Below are positions 25,904-41,731 of a stretch of 46,617 nt of DNA, piece by piece. The position numbers and the translations under genes were made by a program. Below the pieces are notes generated by a model. The model saw only the letters and a list, made by a program, of their open reading frames with translations. It was not told the DNA's origin and ran no database searches. Source of the stretch: Intoshia linei (taxonomy: Eukaryota > Animalia > Orthonectida); assembly GCA_001642005.1 (NCBI GenBank), contig LWCA01000167.1, positions 1-46,617 on the forward strand. The letters run 5' to 3'. The first letter of the stretch is position 1, and every line of letters begins with the position of its first letter.

Positions 25904-26198
25904 ATCTAAAATATTCACTATCAACAAGTCTGACTGTAATTCATTCCTTCGGAATTTTTTTCATTGCTACGCAATTTTTAAATTCAAAATTTTCATTTTC
26001 AAAACATTTTGTATAAAATTTAAATTATAACACTACAGCAACAAATTTCTAAAAGTTTTTTCTGAAATTTATGCTATCTATGACAATTTTTAGGATTGGA
26101 CTACATTACAGTCAACCTAGTTAAATATATTATACGTCACGCGTATATCACCCGTCAAATATATTATTTTTGATATTGTTCAAAAAAAATTTTCACTT

Positions 26199-26579
26199 AT
26201 GTATTTTGTATTATGTGGATGTAAGCCTTCAAAGTGTTTTTATGCACTGATACGTTCTGAAATGTCAATTATATTATTGTTTTTTCCAACATCTTACATG
26301 ATCGAAAGTCGATTCAGTTCTGTAAACAAAATATGGAGTAAAGAGAGAAACAAAATTAATATATGTCAAAGAGGAGATATTGTTAACAAATTAACCAGCA
26401 TAAAACCAACAATTAAGGGTTGTTACTCAATAACCAGGCGCTAGGATCACATGATAATAAATAAAAATTATTGACCTTTTTTTCCATTATAATTCATTTT
26501 ATCTTAGGGGTCCTGATTTAGAAATTTATTAAATTATGGTGAAATTGGGGCGTTGGTTTAATAAGGTTGAGAACCCGAG
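26199..26579 (+). pseudogene. Second hAT Buster transposase C-terminal relic with right end
   Basis: LFFPTSYMIESRFSSVNKIWSKERNKINICQRGDIVNKLTSIKPTI, followed by GGTTGAGAACCCGAG (decayed TIR). Confidence 0.75.
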
Positions 26580-26637
26580 CCCTAGTGTACAGTGTACACT
26601 GGTTACCGAATATTCATCTTTAAATATATAAATTTAC

Positions 26638-28165
26638 TAGATCTTGGTAAGACGGGACAATATGTGTTGGTACAGGTACGTGTATCTTTGATGCTGATTT
26701 ATTAGAGTGTGTTTCTATTGGGTACAAAGCCAGTCCGACTATATATGCTGTCTCGATTGTTCTATCAACATCTGAACTGCGCACATATATCTAATGGTAT
26801 ATAAATAAAGTATACATTTAATAATACCTCACTAGGTATGTATTGGCGTGAAAGTAATGTATTTTTTATTATGTATTTTTCCCGTATATATAATCCAAGA
26901 TTGTATATTCTTTCTTTTCCCATCTAATGTTAATTATTAAGTAATAATATATTAATTAGCAAAGCATTATGATAGTAAGTAGGCAGTAGTGTTGTTGTTA
27001 AACCGATTTTTTCGATAAATTTTTTAATAAACACAAAAATTTATTAATTAATATTTTAAAACCGTTACTTTTATTCTTTGATCTGATGATCTGATGAACT
27101 TTTATTTTTTATAATAAATAATTTACGTTTTAAAAAAGTTGCATTATTTTTGAAACATTTTAAATTAATTAAATTATGAAACTTTCTTATAAATTCGGTT
27201 TATACTTGTATATATATAATAATAATAATTCAAGAAATAATAAATATATCAATATATAATATATTAACATTTTTATTTAACATTATCTCTTAGAAATATA
27301 AAATACACAAACATAAATGTTTAGTATCATTAATTGTTAAGTAACAAGTTTGACAATAAAACTCTGTTTATTTATTTGTCTGTTCAGTTTATTTAAGAAA
27401 GTAAGAGGAGTCGAATTTTAAAAATTCCCATTTCTATTACAGTTTTTCGAGAGTGATGTTTTCTCGCAAATTTCATTTTCAGAAATTGAGTCCTTCAAGG
27501 TTAAAACCTTAAATTTTACTTTTTTTAAAATTCAAACGATTCCTATAATTAAAAAAAATACAAAATCTGATAAAGATTTTAAAATCATCAACATTATGAT
27601 AAATTTCAATTTCAAAATCTTATATTTTCATGGCCAAAACCACAAATTACACTTTTTGGTAAAAATGAAAAATAATATTATATAATATTTTTGTAGTTAA
27701 TATGCAATGTATTTCATGAACGCATTGTATGCAAAAATTTATGTTGTTTTATAGTATATAGTTTATATTGCAAATGATTTAATACCAATTTACTTATTCA
27801 TATATTATTTAAATTAAATTTTAATGCCAATTTAGTATTTCTAAAATTAATTATAAACTCAACATCATGCATAGTATGAGCTCACATAAAACATAGATAT
27901 ATAACATGGATTAAATAATATTAACAGTTTAATAATTAATTAAATAAAATCATACTTGTGTCATTTCACCCACCCCTTTAGGCCATACTTTAGCATCGCC
28001 TTTAAATTTAAAAAACTCTGAAGTTCGGTCTCCGTGTCTAGATATCTAAAATTATTTATTATTGGCTTATTAAAAATTAAAATGTACCACAATTGTCGAT
28101 ATAATTTCAGCGCATTTAATCACAGAAACAATAATCAAAAATAGAGAAAAGTAGAATACACTCAT
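26638..28165 (-). CDS. Histidine acid phosphatase (lysosomal/prostatic ACP2-like), 5' 139 codons only
   Basis: Exons 28165-28088 (signal peptide), 28045-27956 (RHGDRT..WPKGVGEMT), 26923-26828 and 26790-26638 (IYVRSSDVDRT..PVPTH). No exon carrying the HD motif is found before gap N25194. Confidence 0.88.
27365..27665 (+). mobile_element. Diverged Helitron family copy in the phosphatase intron
   Basis: Aligns by eye with modules 1-2 of the 31513 copy (CATTTCTATTACAGTTTTT; GATTTTAAAATCATCAA; GGCCAAAACCACAAATTAC). Confidence 0.65.
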
Positions 28166-29210
28166 GTCGCAATGTTGAATAAGAAACTAAATATAGTAAA
28201 TAAATTGTTAATAATTCTCTCAAGGACAATAAATAAACAGAAATATTCTATTTTAGAATGCAAACAGTAATTCAACTATAAATTTACATAAAGATTATAA
28301 TGTTAATTTACAATTATATATCAGATAAAGTTCTATGAAACGTGTGAATTTGATAAAGACTTCGTCAAAAACTCAAAATTCACAATTTTTCAGATAAATG
28401 AGTTTTTGATTTGACATGTTATATAATGTCGACCGTAGTAACTAAATTTTCTATCTTTTTATCTGACAAAAATTTTGGTAAAGATATAGAAACTAGAGTT
28501 CTGCATCGGATTGTGTTGAGGTGATATTTGCGAACGAAACGAAAAATTTTTTTCCGAAACACGATCTGAACACGAAATTCGAAAAATCCTTCAACCAGAT
28601 TAAAAATTAATATAAAAATATATATAATATTTTGTAAACAGAATCCGAATACTAACACGAAATATAAAAAATGCCGTAAACATTTTGTATAGAATTATAA
28701 TAATTAATACAGTTTCTTATGAATATACATTTTATTTTTATAAATATAAATTTATTTGTCAACAATATAAATTTTAAGTAAATACTAGTAAATGTAATTA
28801 ATATTCGAAGGTTGACGAAAAAAACAAGTGTAGTGATTAATGATAATTTTACAAGAATTAAAATGTCTGTGACTAAATGTAAATACATATATGAAAATGT
28901 ATGTATACATTAGTTTTTAATTGTCTTTTGAATATCATTGACTTTGTCCCACATAGATCTATAGGTATTAAGAAAAATAGATCGCTCTGTTTTAATTTCT
29001 TCTAAAACTAATTGTATATTTGTAACTAAACTAATTCGAGTGTTAGTCCTAGGACGCAAAACCGTGGAGATGGGGTCTAGGGGGTCATATGGCCCGGGCC
29101 ATTTAAATTAAATTTATTAATAAGTAATGTTGGAAAATTATAGTATAATAAAATGTTCCATTAACATTAAAATTAGTGCCATGTAAATAGATTATATAAT
29201 TATAATTATA

Positions 29211-29647
29211 GTGTGTATGTGTGTTCAGCTTTATTTAAATAACTATCCGTCTTAGAATTTTATCAAGTACACATTTCAATTACAGTTTTTTCGGGGGTGT
29301 TCGCAAACTTAATTTCAACCTTACCAACTCACATCTTACGTGTCAAAAACCACAATTGTCTTCTTTTTTTTGAAAATCAAACAAGTTGAAAATTTAAAAA
29401 AAACGTATACGCTGATACGGATTTTAAAATAATAAGTATTATCATAAATTGAAATATAAAAAAAGTATCTTCAGGGCCAAAACCCCAAATTACCCTTCTT
29501 TTTTTAATGAAAACAGCCCTTAGAATTTAAAAAAATTTTACAGGTTGTACAGTTGTCCAAACTCACATCTTACGGGCCAAAACCACAAATTATCCTTTTT
29601 TTTTTAATGAAAACAGCCCTAGAATTTAAAAAAATTTACAGGTGGTA
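29211..29647 (+). mobile_element. Helitron family copy with internal duplication, ending at gap N29648
   Basis: Near-identical body; the segment GGCCAAAACC..AATGAAAACAGCCCT..TTACAGG occurs twice (about 29475-29545 and 29575-29647). Confidence 0.8.
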
Positions 29648-29648
29648 N

Positions 29649-30142
29649 GAAACACTCCATCTAGCAAAAACAATATATCCAGCATAAATGATATATGGAC
29701 ATACTTTAACAATGCCAATAAAAAAATTAAATAAACTCAGTCGTAAATCGATAAAAAAATTAGCAGAGAAAAACAGTATTAAACATAAAAAACAAAAGAA
29801 ATGTTATTATAAAACAATTCCTAAGAATCAAAGTGATCATTACAAACATAAAAAAACCTCCCTATGAAAACAAAACAATTACCTCGAAATTTGAAAGAAA
29901 AACAATTCCAATTCCACTAATTCCATCTAAATCTAAACGTCACCGCAAACTACCTGCAAAATTTAATGACAGTGTCACACATTTTTTTGAGGGGGAGGAA
30001 TAACGTGTAAACACGTAACCTACTTAACAATAACAATATAAACTTTAGTGAAAAATCTGGCAAGACTGTTCGACGAATACATCCTAAACACAAGTTTAAA
30101 ATATCTTGTTTAATAAAAATATTATATCAATTGTTGTTTACA
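29649..30142 (+). mobile_element. 3' end of an LTR retrotransposon (pol tail, polypurine tract, short putative LTR)
   Basis: SKRHRKLPAKFNDSV resembles the R-x-R-x-R-x-P-x-x-F-x-D tail of Ty3/gypsy pol. PPT GAGGGGGAGGAA (29989-30000); putative LTR 30001-30142 with AATAAA and ending in CA (starts TA, not TG). Confidence 0.6.
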
Positions 30143-30834
30143 TTGAAACTTTACTCCTGTAATTAGCGATTATTAATGAACCTAATTTTTTTTCTAAATG
30201 AATAATTGTTAGTTAGCAAATTTCATCGTATATTCTATTAAATCGCTTTTGGGTGCGGACATTAAACGGTTAACCGGTAAACGTAAATAAAAACATTAAA
30301 ATTAATTTTAAATTTATCCTTTTTACTATCTACATTTTTTATCATTCAAAGTTTGACAACGAGTAGTACATGTTAACTATTTAATTTAAATCCAAACAGT
30401 ATAAAAATTTCGGAATGGCGATAAATATTGTCAATTTTGACAAAATGAAAAAAATATTAGTGAAAATCATTATCCATTGATAATACATTAAATACACTAC
30501 CTTTTATGATAAGATAAAAATTACATATCGGTTCCAATATCGGCAGATCCAGACGTTTGAACGTCACTTTGAGTGTAATGGTAATCTGTTTGAAGCATCA
30601 ACTAAAATAACTTTAATAGTATCACTACTTTATTTACAAGTACACAATCAGTCTACATAACAACGATAAACATGGAAATATAATTTTTTGCTTTACGGCT
30701 AGACTACAAAAATGCAGTCGACAAGCAAAAGTAGCCAAATACAAAATATATACTGAAAATGTGTTTAGCTAAATAGACACTAAAAATTGAAAATTTATCA
30801 TTTCAAAAATATAAAAATTTGTACATATTAAATA

Positions 30835-31489
30835 ATGGTTAAAAAAGTAGAAAATAGTTTATATGAACAATCAATAGAATCAGCTGCAAATTACAACAAA
30901 ACTTTAAAAAAGAAACGAAATTCCCGAATTCCATATTTAGACATTCAAACAAACATTTTCCAGTCACCATGTGATTTATATAATGGTTACAAGCATAGAA
31001 GACCAGGACGGTTTTTTGGTCAAATTTATACCTACCCTCAAAATCGTTGGAAATATCCATTACCAACGATTTCAAACGATAAAACCAGTGGTTTATTTTA
31101 AAACATTAAAGTGTCTACATTAAAATTTAGAAGAAAAATTCATTGTTAGTGAAAATGATAGCAAATCTATGGATAAATGGAGTGAAAATAGTTCAATTTC
31201 CAAAAACGAGGAAAAATGCAGTTCAGATTATTATTATGATAAAAAACGAAACAAAAGGGTTTTTTAATATTATAATATTGTTAAAATATATTGTATTTAG
31301 AAATTTAACAATTCTAAAAAAACTAATTGTAATTATTTCTAATTTAAATTTATTTTTAATTTTAATTATTTTTAGCCAAGAAAAATGAATATATTGAATT
31401 ATGTGATTTTTGCCTTGGTACAAAATCGCTCAATTTAAGAACCAACATGTCTGAAGACATGATTAAATGCAATGAATGTAATCGAACAG
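30835..31489 (+). CDS. DPF2: DPF/d4/Requiem family BAF-complex subunit, 5' part (Requiem N domain plus start of PHD1)
   Basis: Exons 30835-31090, 31131-31258, 31301-31328, 31376-31489. Motifs RIPYLDIQT..HRRPG..GQIYTYPQNRW and CDFCLG..EDMIKCNECNRTG. The rest is presumably lost at gap N32132. The symbol denotes the family (DPF1/2/3 co-orthologue). Confidence 0.88.
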
Positions 31490-31512
31490 GTATCATAATT
31501 TCATTTTTCTTA

Positions 31513-32131
31513 TCCTTACTTATATAATATGATATGCAATATTTGTTTGTGTATTACCGTTGATTTCAATAACTACCAGTCTTAGAATTTCACATTTTAA
31601 GTTCACATTTCAATTACAGTTTTTTTCCGGGTGTTAGCAAAATAAATTTCAACCTCCCAAACTCACATCTTACGGGTCAAAAACCCCAATTGTCTTTCTT
31701 GTTGAAAATCAAACGAGTTGGAGAATTTAAAAAAATATATACGCTGATACGGATTTTAAAATCATCAATATTATTATAAATTTAAATTTAAAAAAATTAT
31801 ATCTTCAGGACCAAAACCCCAAGTTACCCTTCTTTTTTTAATGAAAACAGCCCTAGAATTTCAAAAAATTTACAGGTTGTACAGTTGTATCCTGTTAACA
31901 CACAAAGAAAATTTCAATCCGAATAAGTGACGACTTTACAGTCAAAAAAGCATTTTAGTATTCATATATTTTTTTTCCGAAATATTTTATTAAAACAAAA
32001 AATGTGAAATAATTAACTGTCCGAAAATTAAAAAAAAAAAATTATTCTGATAGACCTTATTCCAGTTGATATAAATACAAAATTTCCATCCCAGAAATCT
32101 ACGCATTCCCGGTGAAAAATAATTTTTAATA
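31513..32131 (+). mobile_element. Helitron family copy in the DPF intron, ending at gap N32132
   Basis: A|TCCTTACTTATATAATATG 5' end and four diverged modules; highly similar to 35590-36060. Confidence 0.8.
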
Positions 32132-32132
32132 N

Positions 32133-32465
32133 CATACAGCGACTCGTTTTAGACACATTTATTACATTACAAAACGAGAATATGCTGGAACTCGTGGAAA
32201 GTGGTGTTAGTAACACGATCCTTTTAATTCAAGATAATTATCTTGGTGACACTACCTTTTTTGGACCGCATTTGGATCTTTCGTTTTATTTTTGATGGGG
32301 CATCCAGCCATTTTTTAATAGTCCGGGATCACCGGACTAGAAATCGAGAAATTTGAAGAGTACTATTTCCTTTAGCTAGTAAACCGCCAATTTCATTTTT
32401 TTCGTTCACGCTTAGGTCGCTTTTTAATCGCATTTACGATTTGCCTAATAAATTGGTACACTTTG
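32133..32465 (-). pseudogene. Tc1-family transposase N-terminal (paired HTH) relic with TIR-like sequence
   Basis: ATG at 32433: MRLKSDLSVNEKNEIGGLLAKGNSTLQISRFLVR*SRTIKKWL, frameshifting to KKVVSPR*LS*IKRIVLLTPLSTSSSIFSFCNVINVSKTSRC. Upstream GTGTACCAATTTATTAGGCAA resembles Tc1 TIRs. Confidence 0.75.
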
Positions 32466-32889
32466 AATTTAAAAAAAACGTAAATATAAAGTTTTTGTGT
32501 AACTTAACTACAATATATAATTGTAATTATAAATTGCATCAATTAAAAGTCATTTTATCCAAAAAAAAAATATGAGTTTTGAACATTTTTAAAGTCTAAT
32601 ACACAACTTTTAATGATTTGCATAACAAATTTGTACAGTGTGTGTAATTTTAAAAATAAATTAAAATCTTCAAAATTATAGCTACAATCTTAAAAATTGA
32701 AAATTGAACTCAAGCTTTTTGTAGTTTTTATCTAAATTATACTTTTAACTCAAGAGTCTTGAGTGAAACCACCTGAAAAAGATTGTTAACCGCATAATTC
32801 ACTGGTCTTAAAGTTAATTAAGATTTAAAGTTTGACATGGCTCTCATTTATCATACATTTTATAATAAACATTAATTGCTTTCATTTAG

Positions 32890-34987
32890 GTGTATTTGTA
32901 ATACAAATTAGTTATATTGATATACCCTTTTATAATTACAATTTTTTGGTTATAACAAGATTTTATACAAAAAATGAAAAATGTTCTACTGTATCCGTCA
33001 AAATTTGTATTAAGGATAAATTTGTAAAGCAATTGCATTTGATTTATTGATATGCTTATTAGATTGAAGACCATAATGATCAATTTCAAGATATCATGAA
33101 TAATAATGTAGAATCTCTGAGAATTTCCAATAGAAAGGAATGGTGGAAAGAAAGAAAAAATCTTGACTCTAAATTTAAGGTTTAAAATTTATTAAGAATT
33201 AATAACTACAAAGTACAAGTATTATACCATACTAATTTTTTTAATATAGAAATTTTTGAACACGCTAGAAGAGGAATTATTTGGACCTTTTAGAATATTT
33301 TTGTTATGTTTTAATAATAATTTAAAAAACGAGCATGATATACTCTGTGATAAGTATAATGTTACAAATGATTATGAAAAAAAAATTGTTTTGGTAAATT
33401 AATTGAAATTATTAATATCATTAGGTCCTAATGATTAAGGTATCCTAAAATATGAGATATAACACTAAATAATTATTTTTCAAGACTTAATAAAAAGTTA
33501 TTTCGTTGTTTAATATATTACTATAAAAATGTCTCTGTAAATTACAGACTGTAATGCAGTATACAGTATTTAATTTAATTGTACCATAATTTAGATTATT
33601 TTGCAAGGTGCAAAATATTTACGCCATTGTGAAGTTGTATATTTACTCAAAAATCTATTGAGCCTAAACTGTAAGTTTTCTGAAATGGCTAGTTATATGT
33701 TAACTATATCTACAGTAAATAAACCAATCCAATGTATATATGTGATTGATAAGGTATATTAATTTTAGATTTTTATTTTAATAATTTTGTGTAGGATTTG
33801 CAACAATTTCCTTTAGAATCATTACCTGTAAACATTGAATCAAATCAATCAATCACACGTATGCCTTCATTAATGAGCATTGTGTATTTGGTAAAAATTC
33901 AAGAAATGGATTCTCTGATGGTAAACGGAGCAAATGTTGACAATGCTTATTATATTTTGAACCCTGACTTAACCCTTCCAAAATCTCAGGAAAGATTTAA
34001 AAAATCTTTTGAAGACGTGTACTTATAATTTATGTACTGTAATTTATTTTTCATATATTAGTTATAAATGGACGGGTACGATTGGAAAAACTCCAACAGC
34101 ATCTCATTTGATTCGTGTTTTAAAGGATTATCATTTGTTTTGGTATTTTTATTAATTTTTAGTGTTTATTTTTATTTTATAGGTATTTTGGTCATAATGA
34201 CGGTTCAAAGTATTTACCATCAAGAAATTTAGAAATTTCTAAATGCAAGTCATTGGTTTTCCTTGTTGGATGCAATAGTGGAAGATTAAGAGCTAAAGGG
34301 TATCTGGATTCTCAAGGATATATTCACAGTTATATTCTGGCAGGATGGTAATTTTTTTTATTAAAAAATGATAACATGTAAATGATTACATTTAAATAAA
34401 TCAAAAACAATTTATGTATGGTAATTTTAAAAAAATGTTAATGAAATGTTTGTTAAATCATTGTTTTGAGTATATTTGGTATAAATTATGAAAATACTTA
34501 TTGACTATCAAAATCTCATTTTGGGTATTTTTGACCAATTTTTTACGAAATTTTTTTGTGTGTAATTTTTAGAAAAATTTAAACACCAAATAATGTAGTA
34601 AATGAAGGACTAAAAAAATTATGTTACTTACTATTAAAAGTTACTAAAAAGTAATGATTAAGTTTTATGTTTTATGCACGAAAATTAAAAAACTAGGAAT
34701 AATTGTATTATAATTGATTTGTGTGTATATTTATAAAATTATTTAGTCCATCTGCAATGGCAATGTTGTGGACAGTTACAGACGCCTCAATAGACAATTA
34801 TATGGAATTATTTATAAAAAAATGGTGCTTTAACAATGACACAAAATCTAATGAAAATGAAAATATTTTACTTAAACCTGTAAATATGGCTCAAAGTATG
34901 ACTTTGTGTCGAAAATATTGCAATTTAACGTCTTTAATTGGGGCTGCTCCAGTTATATATGGACTTCATGTAAATAAAATTGAATAA
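32890..34987 (+). CDS. ESPL1: Separase, C-terminal peptidase C50 region (5' end not found)
   Basis: Exons approximately 32890-33023, 33063-33179, 33250-33393, 33595-33753, 33796-34016, 34062-34142, 34183-34347, 34747-34987. Motifs KEWWKERKNLD, LQQFPLESLP..ITRMPSL, YYILNPDLTL, YFGH (His 34193), LVGCNSG (Cys 34271), LWTVTD..ID, GAAPVIYGL. Confidence 0.93.
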
Positions 34988-35329
34988 AATTGTATATTTA
35001 AAACATTCTTTTCACTGTTAAAAAAATTTCGTTTTACTCACTCACAAGTCTATAAATAAACCAACAACTAAATAACTTATTCATAACACTACGTGTCTGC
35101 TTTGTTTGGATTTTACAGTAATTTTTGACTTGATACTCTCTTTCAACTTTTAATCGGGTATCCAAGACATTTTTTAACGATTCAACATCCAGGGTATACC
35201 AAAAGTATTCGCCTTCACCTTTTAAACATTTACCTTACTATATTCAAATGTTGATATTGTTACACAGACCATAAATATCAATACCAAAAAATAATTCAAT
35301 TGAAAACATTCAACTGGGTTCAGCGCTAC

Positions 35330-36377
35330 ATATGTTTTTTGTTTGTGTATGTGTGTGTTCAGCTTTATTTAAATAACTACCCGTCTTATAATTTCATAAA
35401 GTCCTCATTTCAATTACAGTTTTTACCGGGATGTTCGCAAAATAAATTTCAACATCCGAAACTTATATCTTACCGATCAAAAACCCCAATTGTCCTTTTT
35501 ATCCTATTTATGACAATTTTTAGAATTGGACTGTACACAGTATTTCAATTACAGTTTTTACCAAGGGTATTAGAAAAATACATTTCAACCTCCTAAACTC
35601 ACATCTTACGGGTCAAAAAGCCCAATTGTCCTTTTTTTTGAAAATCAAACGAGTTCGAGAATTTAAAAAAATATATACTCTGATACCGGATTTTAAAATC
35701 ATAAATATTATCATAAATTTAAATTTAAAAAAATTATATTTTCAAACCAAACCCCCAAATTACCTTTCTTTTTTTAATGAAAACAGCCCTAGAATTTCAA
35801 AAAATTTACAGGTTGTACAGTTGTATCCTGTTAACACACACAGAAAATTTCAATCCGAATAAGTGACGCCTTCATGGTCAAAAAAGCAATTTAGTATACT
35901 TTTTTTCCAAAATATTTTATTAACAATTACAAAAAATGTGAAATAATTAAGGGTTCGAAAATTTAAAAAAAAGATTATTCTGATAGCGCTTATTCCAATT
36001 GATATAAATATAAAATTTCAACTCCAGAAATCTACGCATTCCTGGTGAAAAATAATTTTTATTATATTATCAACCAATATTTTTGCAAATACATGTATTT
36101 CGATTACAATAAAAATTGAAAATGTTGATTTTACAATTTAACAAAAATTTGCATTGAAAGTACACATTTTCAATAAAGAAATATGGGTGAAAATTTATAT
36201 AATTCATTCCTTCTTTTCATTTCTCAATTTTTTTTCACTCTTTTAAATGATTGATAATTGTGAATAGTAGCATTTTTAAGTTAAATTTTTAACGTAAATT
36301 TATTTTTTTGTAAAATAAAAATGTGCCCTCGGCAGAGCTAGGTGCTGATTGTACGTAGTACATAACAGTCAAAATAG
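35330..36377 (+). mobile_element. Helitron family copy with 3' terminus
   Basis: GT tract; modules 1, 1', 2, 3, 4; 3' hairpin TGTAC-GTA-GTACA (36350-36362), then ATAG|T. Confidence 0.8.
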
Positions 36378-36755
36378 TAGTATATAAAGTATCCTTACAT
36401 CCCTTGTAGTTACCTAGTCACCCAATGTCAAGTACAATTGCATTGAAAATGTAACAAAATTTTTATCTAACAATAAAATAAATCTAAATGACAACGTTAA
36501 AATTGCTTTAAAGTAAAACTACTCAGACGAACTAAAATACTGTTTCATATCCTCAATATGAAATCATGCATCACTAAAAATGAAATAACTTGGTAACAAT
36601 ATGACTTTGCTATGATAGAAAAATAATTATAATGAGTAATGCTTCAATGTTGCGAAAAAGAAAAAAATTTCTAGGGTAACAAAAAAAATAAATACAAAAT
36701 TTATAAATTCGTATTGAATTTTTTGATTTTAAATTGATTAATCAAATATTCAAAA

Positions 36756-41683
<4,928 letters not shown>

Positions 41684-41731
41684 ATAAACTGTAATATACA
41701 TAATTGTTTCTATATCAAATAAACTATTCAA

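Noticed and set aside
27081-27100. Tandem CTGATGA as a hammerhead ribozyme or C/D snoRNA
   Set aside because: No stem II/GAAA core and no box D with terminal stem.
25008-35862. ORFs 25008, 25156, 35300 and 35626 sharing peptide text such as VVQLYPVNTH
   Set aside because: Chance frames within the non-coding Helitron repeat, not a gene family.
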